Of a DNA stretch of 44,417 nucleotides, positions 1 to 11,692 are shown piece after piece. The position numbers were made by a program, and so were the translations under genes. Origin of the DNA: a virus (taxonomy: Duplodnaviria; Heunggongvirae; Uroviricota; Caudoviricetes); the IMG/VR virus record IMGVR_UViG_2606217118_000001. One strand, 5' to 3'. The first letter of the stretch is position 1; every line of letters starts with the position of its first letter. The notes under the pieces are model-generated. The model ran no database searches. It was not told the DNA's origin and saw nothing but the letters and a program-made list of their open reading frames with translations.

Positions 1-276
1 TTACCGACTGCGGCCTGAGTTTTTTAAGTGACGTAAAATCGTGTTGAGGCCAACGCCCATAATGCGGGCAGTTGCCCGGCATCCAACGCCATTCATGGCC
101 ATATCAATGATTTTCTGGTGCGTACCGGGTTGAGAAGCGGTGTAAGTGAACTGCAGTTGCCATGTTTTACGGCAGTGAGAGCAGAGATAGCGCTGATGTC
201 CGGCGGTGCTTTTGCCGTTACGCACCACCCCGTCAGTAGCTGAACAGGAGGGACAGCTGATAGAAACAGAAGCCAC
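1..276 (-). CDS. insA: IS1 InsA transposition regulator
   Basis: 91 aa [40 protein letters not shown]... recognised as IS1 InsA. Confidence 0.9.
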
Positions 277-331
277 TGGAGCACCTCAAAAACACCATCA
301 TACACTAAATCAGTAAGTTGGCAGCATCACC
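1..331 (-). mobile_element. IS1 insertion sequence, partial (left terminal inverted repeat plus insA; element continues beyond window start)
   Basis: Reverse complement of 300-331 reads GGTGATGCTGCCAACTTACTGAT, the IS1 terminal inverted repeat; insA starts 55 nt inside the end as in IS1. Confidence 0.9.
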
Positions 332-965
332 AGCCTTCTTGAGGCTACCACCTGTTTTCAGGTGTCATTCAGACGTGATTTGCCCCAGATTGGGAAAGCA
401 CGCTTTTTTCTCAGCTATCGTCCTCTTATTTTGCCGTTACATTTCTTTTTGCACTCTAATGATTAATTTACAATAATAATATCGGTAATTATTGAGTAAT
501 AATAAATTGATTATTGCAAATGTAATTTAATTCCATCTTCGCGTTATATTCCAATCTTTAATCTCCGCATGGAACAAGTTGCATGCGTGACTATATTAAG
601 ACAACTTATAACCACCAAAACATTTGCTTTGCAAGCAAAAACAGTGACCATTGACTCTAAGAAAATTCCGATCTATTGTTAGGGTCATCAAAGTTACTTA
701 ACAGTATTCCGAAATGAAAATACAAAGCAAGCTAATTGTCTTATTAAACATTATTATTGCATTTATATTATTTGAGCTTTTAGCTCAAAAATTTGGTTTG
801 AGTACATTATTTTAAAGCAAGATAAACAATATCGGGCACTCTAGTTTTTATAATTAACAATTAAACGTCCATGAAATGTTATTTACTTTTCTTCGCTATT
901 GTCATATCTTAATATAGTGGCTTACGCCACTCTACTTTCATCACATTTTGTACGTTTATGTACTC

Positions 966-996
966 GCCATGAAGCTCTTTCATGGCGATTTTTTAT
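966..996 (+). terminator. Rho-independent terminator-like hairpin in AT-rich orphan region
   Basis: cgccatgaagctctttcatggcg stem-loop followed by TTTTTTATT. Confidence 0.4.
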
Positions 997-1080
997 TCTT
1001 AATCCAAGAACATACTCCCTACCTATAGCAAAATCACTTTTTTAACAAAAGAATAACGTATTTAGGTAATCATTACGAAT

Positions 1081-1662
1081 TTACCCTATAGGTGCTACTG
1101 GCCATTCAATATCCGGTGCAGTTGTTGTATTAACACGGTTCAGCAACACCCGATACTTCTTCCAGGCTTCCAGCAACGAGATTTCTTCCTCCGTTGCGAT
1201 TTCCAGATCTACAGCATCCTGAAGTGGCGCAATATGCTCACTGGCTACCTGCATCAGGCTGTTTTTTGTTTCTTCTGCCTCCCGGATCCGGAACAGTTTT
1301 TCTGCTTCCGTATCCTTCACCCAGGCTGTGCCGTTCCACTTCTGAAACTCCCCTTCCGGCGATAACCAGGTAACATTTTCCGCTAACGGACCGAGTTCAG
1401 AAATAAATAACGCGTCGCCGGAAGCCACGTCATAGACCGTTTTACCCCGATGGTCTTCAACGAGATGCCACGATGCCTCATCACTGTTGAAAACAGCCAC
1501 AAAGCCAGCCGGAATATCTGGCGGTGCAATATCGGTACTGTTTGCTGGCAGACCTGTATGAGGCGGAATATATGCGTCACCTTCACCAATAAATTCATTA
1601 GTTCCGGCCAGCAGATTATAAATTGTTATGGTCCGTGGTTGTTCACTCATTCTGAATGCCAT
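1081..1662 (-). CDS. tfa: Tail fiber assembly protein (lambda Tfa-like)
   Basis: 193 aa, [24 protein letters not shown]...; start overlaps stf stop. Confidence 0.9.
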   Translation of the reverse strand: MAFRMSEQPRTITIYNLLAGTNEFIGEGDAYIPPHTGLPANSTDIAPPDIPAGFVAVFNSDEASWHLVEDHRGKTVYDVASGDALFISELGPLAENVTWLSPEGEFQKWNGTAWVKDTEAEKLFRIREAEETKNSLMQVASEHIAPLQDAVDLEIATEEEISLLEAWKKYRVLLNRVNTTTAPDIEWPVAPIG

Positions 1663-4600
1663 TATGCAAGCCTCACAATATAGTTAAATGCGATGTTTTT
1701 GACGGTGTTTTCCGCGTTACCAGCAGCGTTAACGGTGATGGTGTGTCCATGTGAGCCAATCGCAACCGAGTGCGTATGAGCACCAATACCGACAGTATGT
1801 GCGTGTGCACCTGCGCTTGCAGCAGTGCCGGACAGTGAGTGGGTATGAGCACCATCTGATGATGTCTTCCCTGCATTACGAGTCTGGCCACTACCGCTTG
1901 TTGTGCTCATAATCCCCGCGCTTGGATTTGAAATCGCGGTATAACCATTAGGGAAAATGCTCGTGTTCGTGCCACCAAATGCACCGGAACTCTTGTGTTG
2001 GTGCGCACCGGCACTATTTGCGGTCCCGCTAATACTATGGGTATGCGCCCCGGTGTTATTCGTGGATTTGGTTCCGTAATCAAACGACGATGTGGTTTTC
2101 GTCCCCAAATCCGTACTGGATGCGCTGGCGCTGTGGGTATGCGATTTAATGCCGTCCTGTTCCTGAGACAATACGGCCCGACCACTGGCAGGTTTGCCCT
2201 TAATCGTCCAGCCACGCATATCAGGGATCACGCCTGACGGATAAGCCGCTGCAAGTTTCGGGTAGGCAGATTTGTCAAAAGCCTGCCCCTGCATCAGGGC
2301 ATAGCCAGACGGAACGGTATCTGATGGCCACGGGATTGGTGCGCCGACTGGGTAGCTTTCTGGTGGAAGATTTTTCGAGGTATAAACTTCTGCCCAGTCT
2401 TCCTCAAAACCATAGCCATCTCTTGAGGAACGGTAGAACAGACCTCCATTTCTGTAATGCGCCTTCATCTGCAGGGTCCGGCAACTTCCGACTCCGGTAT
2501 AGAAGTTAACCAGAATATAGCTGTCGCCAGAGCGGGTGACATTGTAAGCGCCTGATTCGGCATTCCAGGGAACGCCACCATCCGCATCGGCATATGTATC
2601 CGTTGCCCTTCTGGCAAAAGCAGCCACATGCGCGGCGGTTAAAGTAATATCTTTGGAACCATCAAACTCAACACCAGAAACCAGTCTTGGCGTTTGCAGC
2701 TTTGTTGCTGTTAATGCATTACCGTTCAGACTTGCGGACAGTTTGGTTCCAATAATCAGTTCGCCGGTTGCGTTATCAATAGCAAACGGTCTTAATGTAT
2801 TCCAGCCACCATAAACATCACCTTGATTGGTAAGCAGCAGGTAAGTTTTAGCGCCATCATTACGCCATAATGCACCATACTCCCCACCTATCATTCGAAT
2901 CTGATTACCACCACGCGCTACAATTTCGTCTGTGGCAAAAAGTTTTTTGCACGACAAGTTATCGTTAACGATTAACGAATGAGACTCATAAAAACCACGC
3001 CCACTCTTAAAATCAAGGATAACGTCCGCCGCGATACATTCAGTCGCCGGATTTGTTGCCCCAAACTTATAGGTCGTATCATTAACAACGAGATCAGCAC
3101 CAGGTGCGGATATTGACAGGCCATCTTCGATAAACGCAAAAACAGGGAAAGCAGCGCCATCAACATAGAACACAGAGCGCAAATCATCGCCCTTATTACT
3201 CATCATTATTGAGTGGATGGCTCGTTCATTGTTTTGATATTGCCAGAACATTCCATAAGCATAACGCCCCCTGTCAGTCCAGCCACCAGGCATAACAAAT
3301 CCGTTAAACTCGCAGTTATTCATCGGATCGCCTGCGGTTCGCGTTGCCGTGGTGATAATGACCCTTGATGCCAGTTCGCTTACTGAGCCAGCAGAACGCA
3401 TAACAACAACAGGGTAATATTTTCCAGATGTTGCACCTGCAGGAGCGTTAACCCGCACATAACGCATACCACGCTTATCAGCAAAGTCTGTTTTACTGAC
3501 CGCGTTAATGTTGTTCAGGAAGCGTCCCTTATCGGGTATATCAGCGCCGTTCTGGTCTTTCTGCAGACGTTTCTCTGCATTGTCATAGGCTGATTTTACT
3601 GCCTTTGGCGTTGCCGCCAGCGTTTCAGACGTACTGTTGGTCGCACTGCTGAGCTGTACTACCCCCTTTTTCGTCGTGCTCGCATCCTCAAGCGCCACGG
3701 CGGATGCAATATCCTCTGCCCGTTTTGCCGCTGTCTCGGCGCGCGTTGCCGCGGATTCCGCCGTACTTTTGCTCTGTGCTGCCGCTGCCGCACTGCCAGC
3801 TGCCTCTGTCGCCTTCGTGGATGCTGTCGTGGCGCTGCCCTTCGCTGCTGACGCCTGTCTGGTCGCCTCATCTTTTGAAGCAGACGCCGATGATGCCGAT
3901 GACGCCGCCGAACTGGCTGACGATGCGGCAGCCGTTTTTGAGGATTCTGCGCTGGTTTCCGACGCTTTCGCGTTCGTTTCGGATGTCTTCGCTGCGGAAG
4001 CAGACCTCGCTGCTGCGCTGGCCTGTTCAGTGGCTTCGCCAGCCTTCGTTGTGGCTGTTGAAGCAGACGATGCGGCACTTTCTGCCGACTTTCCGGCAGC
4101 GGTGGCACTGGCTGAGGCCTGCCCGGCACTGGCTGAGGCCTGCCCGGCACTTGTTGACGCGGCGCTGGCAGACGACGCAGCCGCTGTTTTTGAGCCTGCC
4201 GCAGCTGAGGCACTCTGTCCCGCTGCCGTTTCAGAAGACTTAGCGTTCGTCTCGGACGTTTTGGCCGCCTTCGCAGAATTTGCTGTCGCCGTTGCCGAGG
4301 AAGCTGCGCTGCTGGCGCTCGAGGCTGCGCTCGTTTCTGATGATTTTGCCGCCTCTTTTGAAGCTGACGCATCCCGGGCTGAGGTGGCAGCTTCTGACGC
4401 TTTCGTGGTCGCGGTGGATGCAGAAGTGGCTGCTGATTGTTGTGACGCTGCCGCATTCGTTTCTGACGTTTTCGCCGCAGCGGCACTGGTGGCCGCCGCG
4501 CTTTTTGAGGACTCTGCAGCGGCAGCACTTTTTTCCGCTTCAGTGGCCTTTGTTGATGCCGTTCCTGCGCTGGAAGACGCTGACTGAGCCGACGACGCGG

Positions 4601-5084
4601 CCTGTCCGGCTGACGTGCTGGCTGCGCGTGCTGAGCCTGCAGCATCAGTCGCATGGGTTGCCGCCTCACGGGCTGATGTGCCGGCATCGCTGGCTGACTT
4701 CTTCGCGGCTGCCGTGTTCTGTGCCACCGCGGACGCGTTACGCGCCACCTCTTCCACCATCAGTTCAAAACGGCGCAGAGCCTCAGGACGGGCATCATCC
4801 TCTGTCATGGCACCGAGAAAATCATTCAGCGTACCGGGTTGAGAATCTTCATACACGGTAATGGTCCCGGCATGTGATGGCGGGAATCCCTCCACCAACA
4901 GACTGACGCTGTACTGACCATACTCGACGTCCATTGTGTAACGCCCGGCTTCATCCGGGTTTTCTGAGGCCACTGTGTTCACCACCACCGTGGTGCTGTT
5001 GCGCCTGGCCTTTAGCTGAATGGTGCAGTTTTGTATCGGCTTACCTGCGCCATCTTTCAGTACACCTGAAATCCGTACTGCCAT
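1662..5084 (-). CDS. stf: Side tail fiber protein (Stf-like), 1140 aa with long Ala/Ser-rich low-complexity region and C-terminal His-rich GAHTHS motifs
   Basis: N-terminus [31 protein letters not shown]... resembles lambda Stf; SD GGGGGG upstream; internal tandem repeats. Confidence 0.85.
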   Translation of the reverse strand: MAVRISGVLKDGAGKPIQNCTIQLKARRNSTTVVVNTVASENPDEAGRYTMDVEYGQYSVSLLVEGFPPSHAGTITVYEDSQPGTLNDFLGAMTEDDARPEALRRFELMVEEVARNASAVAQNTAAAKKSASDAGTSAREAATHATDAAGSARAASTSAGQAASSAQSASSSAGTASTKATEAEKSAAAAESSKSAAATSAAAAKTSETNAAASQQSAATSASTATTKASEAATSARDASASKEAAKSSETSAASSASSAASSATATANSAKAAKTSETNAKSSETAAGQSASAAAGSKTAAASSASAASTSAGQASASAGQASASATAAGKSAESAASSASTATTKAGEATEQASAAARSASAAKTSETNAKASETSAESSKTAAASSASSAASSASSASASKDEATRQASAAKGSATTASTKATEAAGSAAAAAQSKSTAESAATRAETAAKRAEDIASAVALEDASTTKKGVVQLSSATNSTSETLAATPKAVKSAYDNAEKRLQKDQNGADIPDKGRFLNNINAVSKTDFADKRGMRYVRVNAPAGATSGKYYPVVVMRSAGSVSELASRVIITTATRTAGDPMNNCEFNGFVMPGGWTDRGRYAYGMFWQYQNNERAIHSIMMSNKGDDLRSVFYVDGAAFPVFAFIEDGLSISAPGADLVVNDTTYKFGATNPATECIAADVILDFKSGRGFYESHSLIVNDNLSCKKLFATDEIVARGGNQIRMIGGEYGALWRNDGAKTYLLLTNQGDVYGGWNTLRPFAIDNATGELIIGTKLSASLNGNALTATKLQTPRLVSGVEFDGSKDITLTAAHVAAFARRATDTYADADGGVPWNAESGAYNVTRSGDSYILVNFYTGVGSCRTLQMKAHYRNGGLFYRSSRDGYGFEEDWAEVYTSKNLPPESYPVGAPIPWPSDTVPSGYALMQGQAFDKSAYPKLAAAYPSGVIPDMRGWTIKGKPASGRAVLSQEQDGIKSHTHSASASSTDLGTKTTSSFDYGTKSTNNTGAHTHSISGTANSAGAHQHKSSGAFGGTNTSIFPNGYTAISNPSAGIMSTTSGSGQTRNAGKTSSDGAHTHSLSGTAASAGAHAHTVGIGAHTHSVAIGSHGHTITVNAAGNAENTVKNIAFNYIVRLA
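4108..4149. repeat. Perfect 21-bp tandem duplication (ctggctgaggcctgcccggca x2) inside stf low-complexity region
   Basis: Two identical adjacent 21-mers at 4108-4128 and 4129-4149; encodes repeated SAGQASA heptad. Confidence 0.9.
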
Positions 5085-5094
5085 ATTCCCCCCA

Positions 5095-5123
5095 CAAAAA
5101 AGCCCGCCTGAACCGGCGGGCTG
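5095..5123 (-). terminator. Rho-independent terminator downstream of lom
   Basis: Minus strand agcccgcc-ggttca-ggcgggct hairpin followed by TTTTTT. Confidence 0.7.
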
Positions 5124-5148
5124 TCATAACACTGTGTTACCTGGCTAA

Positions 5149-5748
5149 TCAGAATTTATAACCGACACCAACGATGAAACTGTTGGTACGCCAGTCACCG
5201 CTGCCGGAGCCTTCATAAGCAATATCAATGGCCACGGATTCGGTCGGGTTAAACTGCACGCCAGCTCCCCACGCCAGAGACGTGTTGCTGTGGCGACCGT
5301 CATCACTTCCGGTCAGCACGTCGTGCGTTTTCCCCTTGTTGTCAGTTACGCGGAGATAATCCCCGGAGAAAGTCGACACACGGCTGTAAGCCACACCCGC
5401 CATCGCATACGCGCTGAACCATTCATTCACGCGCACAGACGGCCCCGCCATCACGCTGAACCAGCGGTTACGAACGGAATCTTCATGCCAGCGGGTATCG
5501 CTGTAACGGGTAAGCTGGCGATTCTTGTCTCCTGCATAGCTGAATGACGTCACCATCCCCAGTGTGTCCGTAAACTCATAACGGTATTTCACGTTAATCC
5601 CGTTCAGATCATCGCTGCCGGGAACGTTCGTCGAGGCATGAAGATACCCCGCGCTCAGCGTGGACTGATGTTCAGATGCCCATGCAGGCGCACCGGATAC
5701 GGCCAGACAAATGGCTGCGGACAAAATTGCTGCACAAACTTTACGCAT
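5149..5748 (-). CDS. lom: Outer membrane protein Lom (Ail/Lom/PagC family)
   Basis: 199 aa with signal peptide [24 protein letters not shown] and beta-barrel-like C-terminus ending GVGYKF. Confidence 0.9.
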   Translation of the reverse strand: MRKVCAAILSAAICLAVSGAPAWASEHQSTLSAGYLHASTNVPGSDDLNGINVKYRYEFTDTLGMVTSFSYAGDKNRQLTRYSDTRWHEDSVRNRWFSVMAGPSVRVNEWFSAYAMAGVAYSRVSTFSGDYLRVTDNKGKTHDVLTGSDDGRHSNTSLAWGAGVQFNPTESVAIDIAYEGSGSGDWRTNSFIVGVGYKF

Positions 5749-5818
5749 AATTACCTCTCGCTTTTCTGCAATAAAAAAGGCGTCATTCCTGACGCCCTTT
5801 ATTGGGGTTATAACAATT

Positions 5819-8800
5819 TCAACGAATACTGATGCCGGAAGCGGCTTTTTTGGTCACAATCACCGTACAGTCGGTGATATTACCTGCCCACTGATTGCCT
5901 TTATGGAAAACCTTAAACTCCAGAGTGACGTTTCCCCTGCCACTCGGCATATCAATAACCGCACTGTAGCTACCGGGAATGGCCCCTTTAGTTTCTCTGG
6001 ATGCGATTAATACACCGTTTTTGCGAACTTCAAAACCATAACCCGTGTATCTTGTACTTCCCGGGTTATTACCACTTCCCGGATCGCTATACGCTATTCC
6101 GTTAAAGATAATGGGCGGAATAATGATTTGACGGTCAAAGTTATGATCATCGCTGATGGTGACTGTAACCGTCCCGTTTGGTGTTTCCGTATTACCCCAC
6201 GTACCAGCCTGTTTCGGGAATGATTTGGATACAGCTTTAACGAAGTCACCTCTGACCTGAGTCGCCTCCAGCATGCCCTTAATCGTACAGTTTTCATTTA
6301 CCGTGACATTGTTGAGCGTCCCGGCGTTCGCATTCACACTGCCACTGATATCCGCATTTTTAGCGGTCAGCTTTCCGTCCGGTGTCAGGGAAAATGCCGG
6401 TGGATTTCCACCGCTGGTAATGGTGGGGGCCGTCAGGCGTTTCAGGAACACGTCGTTCATGAATATCTGATCGCCCTGACCAACAAACATCGGTTTTGTG
6501 TTGCCATTCGCAGGATTAACCATCGCAATCCTGTCCGCCGCCAGCAGCACCTGACTCTGCATGCCGTCAGGGGTGTTCTCAATACCGGCACCAATACCCG
6601 CGATATAAAGGCGTCCGTCCTGCATCTGCTGCAGCTTCACAGCCCACATGCTGTTCAGGTTATTATTTGTATCAACCTGAACTTTCTGTATCTGCTGGAT
6701 TGCCGCACTCTGGTCTTCCAGTTTTTTATTGACGGTCTGCGTGATTTCATTGCTGACATTCGTAATGGACGTCCTGATTTCAGCCAGGTCCGGCGCAAGC
6801 TGACCGTTATCAATCTGCGTCCACAGCTCCTGGGCCAGATGTGTTTTCCCGATTTCTCCTTTGAAAAAATCCAGGTAACCTTCCGCATCATCGCTCGCCC
6901 GACCGACAGCCTCCACGAATGCCGATTTGCCAACAGTGTTCACACTGCGAACGTAAAAATAATAATCATGACCCGGCTTGATATTGATACTGGCAGCTAT
7001 CCAGTACAGCGCCGTGCCAAGATAGCGGGCTGTAGTTTCAACCTGCCTGATATCGGTAATCCGCTTTTCCGAGAACCAGAACTCAAACTGTACCGTCGGG
7101 TCATAAACGGCAAGATGCGGCGTTGCGGTTATCTGAAAATAGCCCGGCGTCAGTTCAATCCGCGACGGCGTCGCCGGTGCGGCAATCCGGAACAATACCG
7201 ACGCCGGATCGCCCTGCTGTCCCCACGCATTTACCGCCCGGACTGTCAGCCTGTAGTTTCCCAGCGCCAGCTGCCTGAAGCGGTATGTGGTTTCCGTCGT
7301 CCGGGCTGTGCTGACCAGCCGCTCACTGCCATCGTCCGCTGTCACGGTCAGGCGAAGCATAAAGCTCACCCCCTTCACCACCTTCGGTGTGTCCCAGCGC
7401 GCCAGCACCTGATATTCCCCGCTGTCTGCGGAGACTTCGGCTGTCAGGTGCTGTACCGCTGGCGGCGTGACACCATTCACCGTGCCGCTCAAATCGCCGT
7501 CAAAGTGCGCCCCGTTATCCACGATGGCCTCTTTTTCCGGTACATGCTGCACGGCAGTGATGGCATACGTGCCGTCATCGTTCTCACGGATACTCACACA
7601 GCGGAACAGGCGCTGGCGCAACGTCGGCAACTTCAGCCCCCATACGCTGTATCCGGCAACGCCGTCAGGAACACGGCTCACTTTTACCTTCACGCCGTCG
7701 GTGACGGACTGGACCTCCACGCTGACCGGATTGCCACTTCCGTCAACCAGGCTTATCAGCGTGGTGCCGGAAGATGGCAGCGTGATTTCACGGTCGAGCG
7801 TCAGCGTCCGGGTCTGGCTGTTCACCGCCAGCACGCGCCCGCCGGTGCTGATACCGGCATAGTCATCATCGCAGATTTCAATGACATCGCCCGGTACATG
7901 GCGAAGCCCTTCAGCACCCACGCTGAAGTCCACGGTCTGCGTTTCCAGCAGCTCCGTTTTAATCAGCCACAGCCCGGCTCGGTGTGCCTGCCCCCGGCTG
8001 GTACAGCCAAAGGCATCCATCTTCGTGACGTTACGACCATAACGGGCAATGGCCTGCGTGTCCTCCACAAGCTCTGTCGCCGTCTCCCAGCCGTTATCCG
8101 GGTCAATCCAGTTCACCTCAACGGCATTATGGCGGTCCTTGAGGGCGCTGAAGCTGTAGCGGAACGGCGCGCCATCATCCGGCATCACCACATTACTGCG
8201 GTTATAGGTCCACACCTTATCCGACGGTCGGTCCTGCACGAACGTCAGCGTCTGCCCGTTCCATACCGGCATACAGCGCATCGCCGAGCAGAAATCACTG
8301 AGCACATCCCACGCCTTGCGCTGTGTGGTCAGGTACGCATTACAGGTGATGCGCGGCTCCGTGCCGCCAAAGCCGTCCGGCACTGACTGGTCGCAGTACT
8401 GGCCGATGACATACAGCGCCCATTTGTCCACATCCGCCGCACCAAGACGTTTCCCCATGCCGTAGCGTGGGTGGGTCAGCATATCCCACAGACACCAGGC
8501 CATGTTATTGCTGTATGCTGGCTTAAACGTTCCGTCCCAGATACCGCTGTATTGCCGCGTCTGCGGGTTATAATTCGACGGCACCTGCAGAATACGCCCG
8601 CGCAGATGATAATTACGGCTCACCTGCTGGCTGCCGAACTGCTCCGAGTCCACCTGCACACCGACCAGTGCCGTGTTCGGGTAGCACTGTTTCACATCGA
8701 TGATTTCGGTGTATGACGACCAGAGCGTTTTGTTCTGCAGCTGGTCTGTGGTGCTGTCCGGCGTCATCCTGCGCATCCGTATACTGAACGGGCGCGGCGG

Positions 8801-9316
8801 CAGGTTATCCACCACCACCGAGGCCAGATACTGCGAGGTGGTTTTGCCCTTAATGGTGATGTCTTTTTCCGTCACCCAGCCACCGTTACGCTGTATCTGA
8901 ACCAGCAGGCGGACTTCCGACGGATTCCTGTCACCCTTTGAGGTGGTTTCCACCAGTGCCTGTACACCGAAGGTAAAGCGCAGACGGTCGATGTTTGCCG
9001 ACGTGATGGTCCGGGTGATCGGCGTGTCATATTTCACTTCCGTACCCAGCACCGTCTCGGAGCCGGAGGATTCAAATCCCTCCGGCGGTGACTGCTCCTG
9101 CTCACCGGCCCGGAACACCACCGTGACGCCGGATATATTGGTATTCCCCTCACTGTCCAGCACCGGCGTACTGTTCAGCAGCACGCTTTTTAATCCATCC
9201 ACCGGACCTTCAACCGGCCCTTCGCTGATGGCATCGATCACACTCAGCAGCTGCGTGGACTTCAGGTTGTCCTTCGCTTCGCGCGGGGTATGCCCCTTAC
9301 TGCTGCCTTTACCCAT
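5819..9316 (-). CDS. J: Tail tip host-specificity protein J (central fiber); C-terminal receptor-binding region differs from lambda J
   Basis: 1165 aa, N-terminus [34 protein letters not shown]... matches lambda J; C-terminal ~150 aa do not match recalled lambda sequence. Confidence 0.95.
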   Translation of the reverse strand: MGKGSSKGHTPREAKDNLKSTQLLSVIDAISEGPVEGPVDGLKSVLLNSTPVLDSEGNTNISGVTVVFRAGEQEQSPPEGFESSGSETVLGTEVKYDTPITRTITSANIDRLRFTFGVQALVETTSKGDRNPSEVRLLVQIQRNGGWVTEKDITIKGKTTSQYLASVVVDNLPPRPFSIRMRRMTPDSTTDQLQNKTLWSSYTEIIDVKQCYPNTALVGVQVDSEQFGSQQVSRNYHLRGRILQVPSNYNPQTRQYSGIWDGTFKPAYSNNMAWCLWDMLTHPRYGMGKRLGAADVDKWALYVIGQYCDQSVPDGFGGTEPRITCNAYLTTQRKAWDVLSDFCSAMRCMPVWNGQTLTFVQDRPSDKVWTYNRSNVVMPDDGAPFRYSFSALKDRHNAVEVNWIDPDNGWETATELVEDTQAIARYGRNVTKMDAFGCTSRGQAHRAGLWLIKTELLETQTVDFSVGAEGLRHVPGDVIEICDDDYAGISTGGRVLAVNSQTRTLTLDREITLPSSGTTLISLVDGSGNPVSVEVQSVTDGVKVKVSRVPDGVAGYSVWGLKLPTLRQRLFRCVSIRENDDGTYAITAVQHVPEKEAIVDNGAHFDGDLSGTVNGVTPPAVQHLTAEVSADSGEYQVLARWDTPKVVKGVSFMLRLTVTADDGSERLVSTARTTETTYRFRQLALGNYRLTVRAVNAWGQQGDPASVLFRIAAPATPSRIELTPGYFQITATPHLAVYDPTVQFEFWFSEKRITDIRQVETTARYLGTALYWIAASINIKPGHDYYFYVRSVNTVGKSAFVEAVGRASDDAEGYLDFFKGEIGKTHLAQELWTQIDNGQLAPDLAEIRTSITNVSNEITQTVNKKLEDQSAAIQQIQKVQVDTNNNLNSMWAVKLQQMQDGRLYIAGIGAGIENTPDGMQSQVLLAADRIAMVNPANGNTKPMFVGQGDQIFMNDVFLKRLTAPTITSGGNPPAFSLTPDGKLTAKNADISGSVNANAGTLNNVTVNENCTIKGMLEATQVRGDFVKAVSKSFPKQAGTWGNTETPNGTVTVTISDDHNFDRQIIIPPIIFNGIAYSDPGSGNNPGSTRYTGYGFEVRKNGVLIASRETKGAIPGSYSAVIDMPSGRGNVTLEFKVFHKGNQWAGNITDCTVIVTKKAASGISIR

Positions 9317-9376
9317 TCGTCATGCTCCATAAACGATAAAACCGCCCGGAGGCGGTTTCACATAAAACGTTTTTCA

Positions 9377-10018
9377 TCAGCGACCAATCACCACAACCTG
9401 ACCACCATCACCTTCATCTGCTGTGCTGATCTCCTGAGATACCACACGTGATCCCACGCGCATTTCACCGTACAGAACGGGCAGAACATTGCCCTGGGCA
9501 ACCATATTATCCAGTGAAGAAAAATAGGTGTTCTGTTTGCCGTTATCCGTTGTCTGTGTGCTGGGGGTTTTGGGTTTAGGGGCCAGCATCTGTGCAACAC
9601 CGCCAAGCGTCATACTGGCACCGAGAGAAAACAGCAGATTACTCGCCATAATTCCTCCCCCCGGCATCCATATAGCAACCGCCATAACAGCCGCCCCCAG
9701 CACAGCCTGAAACACACCGCCACTTTTGGCTCCTGCCAGACGCGGCACGATATGGATCACAGCACCATTTGCCAGCGGTTCATTAAGACGGGCTGATAAT
9801 TCCGTTTCACCTGTATCACGCCCGGCAATCCGTACCTGATACCAGCCGTCGCTCAGTTTCTGACGAAACGCCGGGAGCTGTGTGGCCAGCGCCCGGATGG
9901 CTTCAGCCCCCGTTTTCACACGAAGGTCGATGCGGCGACCAAATCGTTGTAAATCCCCGTAAAGGCAGATGCGCGCCATGCCCGGTGACGCCAGAGGGAG
10001 TGTGTGCGTCGCTGCCAT
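9377..10018 (-). CDS. I: Tail tip assembly protein I
   Basis: 213 aa, MAATHTLPLASPGMARICLYGDLQRFGRRIDLRVKTGAEAIRAL... Confidence 0.9.
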   Translation of the reverse strand: MAATHTLPLASPGMARICLYGDLQRFGRRIDLRVKTGAEAIRALATQLPAFRQKLSDGWYQVRIAGRDTGETELSARLNEPLANGAVIHIVPRLAGAKSGGVFQAVLGAAVMAVAIWMPGGGIMASNLLFSLGASMTLGGVAQMLAPKPKTPSTQTTDNGKQNTYFSSLDNMVAQGNVLPVLYGEMRVGSRVVSQEISTADEGDGGQVVVIGR

Positions 10019-10659
10019 TTGTCGGTATACCTCTCTCGTTTGCTCAGTTGTTCAGGAATATGGTGCAGCAGCTCGCCATCACCACAGTAAATGGCGGCAT
10101 GATTCGGCACCGATGAACCAAAACAGCACAGCAGCACATCGCCCGGTTGTGCTGATGACAACGGCACCTGATACAACCCTGTGGCCTCCAGATTATCCAG
10201 ATAGAGATTCTGACCGTGACGCCACCAGTCATCCTCGCGATGAAAATCCGGCATCTCAATCCCCGCCAGATGATAAGCATCCCGGAACAGCGTGTAACAG
10301 TCCGTCACCCCGTGCTCAAAGCGCCGCCCGGTGAGATGCGGCACACAGCGGAACTTATGAATCGTCCCCCGGCAGACCAGCCACCACGGCAAATCACTCT
10401 GCACCTGCAGCCGCCGGTCGGCCTCACTCAGCCAGGGCAGACCACCGGGGTGGCTGTGGACCAGCGCCACAATCTCACCCTGCATTTCTGCCTGCAGCCA
10501 GTCTTCCGGCGACATACGGAAATACGCCTCCGGCTCACCGGAGATATTCACGCAGGGGAAATATCTTTCCCCCTCCGGCGTGCTTACCACGAAGCCGCAC
10601 GACTCCGCTGGCGCACATCGCCGGGCGTGCGCCAGAATCGCTGATTCTGTCTGTGTCAT
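9916..10659 (-). CDS. K: Tail tip assembly protein K (MPN/JAMM plus NlpC/P60 domains)
   Basis: 247 aa ORF with HSHPGG...SEAD motif; lambda annotation uses the internal Met at 10515 (199 aa); start uncertain. Confidence 0.85.
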   Translation of the reverse strand: MTQTESAILAHARRCAPAESCGFVVSTPEGERYFPCVNISGEPEAYFRMSPEDWLQAEMQGEIVALVHSHPGGLPWLSEADRRLQVQSDLPWWLVCRGTIHKFRCVPHLTGRRFEHGVTDCYTLFRDAYHLAGIEMPDFHREDDWWRHGQNLYLDNLEATGLYQVPLSSAQPGDVLLCCFGSSVPNHAAIYCGDGELLHHIPEQLSKRERYTDKWQRRTHSLWRHRAWRASAFTGIYNDLVAASTFV

Positions 10660-10664
10660 GGGAT

Positions 10665-11363
10665 TTACTGCGAAAGTTTGTTAATGGAAAGGAAGCCGCC
10701 AAAGTTGCCGACGTTATTGCGAAACTTACAGCCACTCAGGCATTTGCTGCATTTATCCTTCGTGATATCGGACGTTGGCTGGTCATATTCATCCGCGACC
10801 GCCGGACCGTGATAACCGCACTCATCGCCGCGATAGGTCCAGGTGCAGGTGTTGGCCAGCATGATACGTCCCGGAAAAACAGCGCCATCCGTTTCCGTCG
10901 GCGTGGACAGTACAAAGGAGGCACTGACCGCGCTCAGTTCGCTGCACTGCTCGATGCGCCAGCGGCTGATCACCTCCTGCTCCGGATCGGCGTCGCTGTT
11001 TCCGTTGACGAAGTTCACCGCATCCAGAAAACGGGCGTAAACCTTACGCCGGACCACCGTTCCGCCGACCAGACTCTGCATATCTTCCGCCATCCCGGTG
11101 ACCATACCGTACAGGTTAGAAACCGTCAGCGTGGGGCGTGTACTGGTGCCTTTGCCATTCAGTTCAAAACCGCTCCCCTGAATGGGATACGGCTGATACT
11201 GTCGCCCCTGCCAGGTGACCGGCTCACCTTTTTCGTTCTGCTCATTACAGAAAAAATAACGTTCTCCACCGACCTCTGTCAGGTCGATTTCCCAGAGCAC
11301 CACGCTGGCCGACTGCTCCGCACGGGTGCATTCATTCAGTGTTTCCTGCCGGATATCCTGCAT
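10665..11363 (-). CDS. L: Tail tip protein L
   Basis: 232 aa, MQDIRQETLNECTRAEQSASVVLWEIDLTEVGGERYFFCNEQ... Confidence 0.95.
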   Translation of the reverse strand: MQDIRQETLNECTRAEQSASVVLWEIDLTEVGGERYFFCNEQNEKGEPVTWQGRQYQPYPIQGSGFELNGKGTSTRPTLTVSNLYGMVTGMAEDMQSLVGGTVVRRKVYARFLDAVNFVNGNSDADPEQEVISRWRIEQCSELSAVSASFVLSTPTETDGAVFPGRIMLANTCTWTYRGDECGYHGPAVADEYDQPTSDITKDKCSKCLSGCKFRNNVGNFGGFLSINKLSQ

Positions 11364-11692
11364 CAGTTCACCACCTGTTCAAACTCTGCGCTGAACTCAA
11401 CACGCAGCATACTGACCCGCGACGACCATTTTGCGCAGGTCACCTTTATCTGCCGCCACTCATAAGGCGGCGTCCACAGAAAGGCTTTCCAGCCCCCGTG
11501 CTCTTCCAGAAACGACTCCAGTACCGTGGCCTCCTCACGGGGGACAGAAAGCGTCACGCTGTACGTTTTCAGGTTGGCATTCAGCCCGGCAGGCGCTCGC
11601 TGGGAATAGCCATCACCAAAGCGCACCTTTCTTACAGAAGGGGCCGAAGCCACATCCATACCGGGTTTCACTTTCCAGCGGAAGGTTTTCAT
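11363..11692 (-). CDS. M: Tail tip protein M
   Basis: 109 aa, MKTFRWKVKPGMDVASAPSVRKVRFGDGYSQRAPAGLNANLKTYS... Confidence 0.95.
   Translation of the reverse strand: MKTFRWKVKPGMDVASAPSVRKVRFGDGYSQRAPAGLNANLKTYSVTLSVPREEATVLESFLEEHGGWKAFLWTPPYEWRQIKVTCAKWSSRVSMLRVEFSAEFEQVVN

Noticed and set aside
93-305. 70-aa ORF within the IS1 fragment
   Set aside because: Overlaps insA in another frame on the same strand; not a known IS1 product.
332-420. Possible lambda attachment core near gcacgcttttttctcagc
   Set aside because: Only the GCTTTTTT run matches the lambda att core GCTTTTTTATACTAA; too short and divergent to call an att site.
3637-4861. Several long ORFs on both strands inside stf (e.g. 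3637..4587 +, 3659..4687 -, 3704..4243 +, 4280..4861 +)
   Set aside because: They lie in the GC-rich Ala/Ser repeat-coding tract of stf where stop codons are rare in all frames; translations are low-complexity (poly-Ala, poly-Arg/Pro/Gln) and overlap a well-supported gene.
6839-8386. 515-aa plus-strand ORF antisense to J
   Set aside because: Entirely inside the J coding region on the opposite strand; Arg/Pro-rich translation with no recognisable features; typical antisense artefact.
10653-11465. 270-aa plus-strand ORF antisense to L and M (and similar antisense ORFs across H, C, B, A)
   Set aside because: Overlap conserved lambda structural genes on the opposite strand; no RBS or family resemblance.
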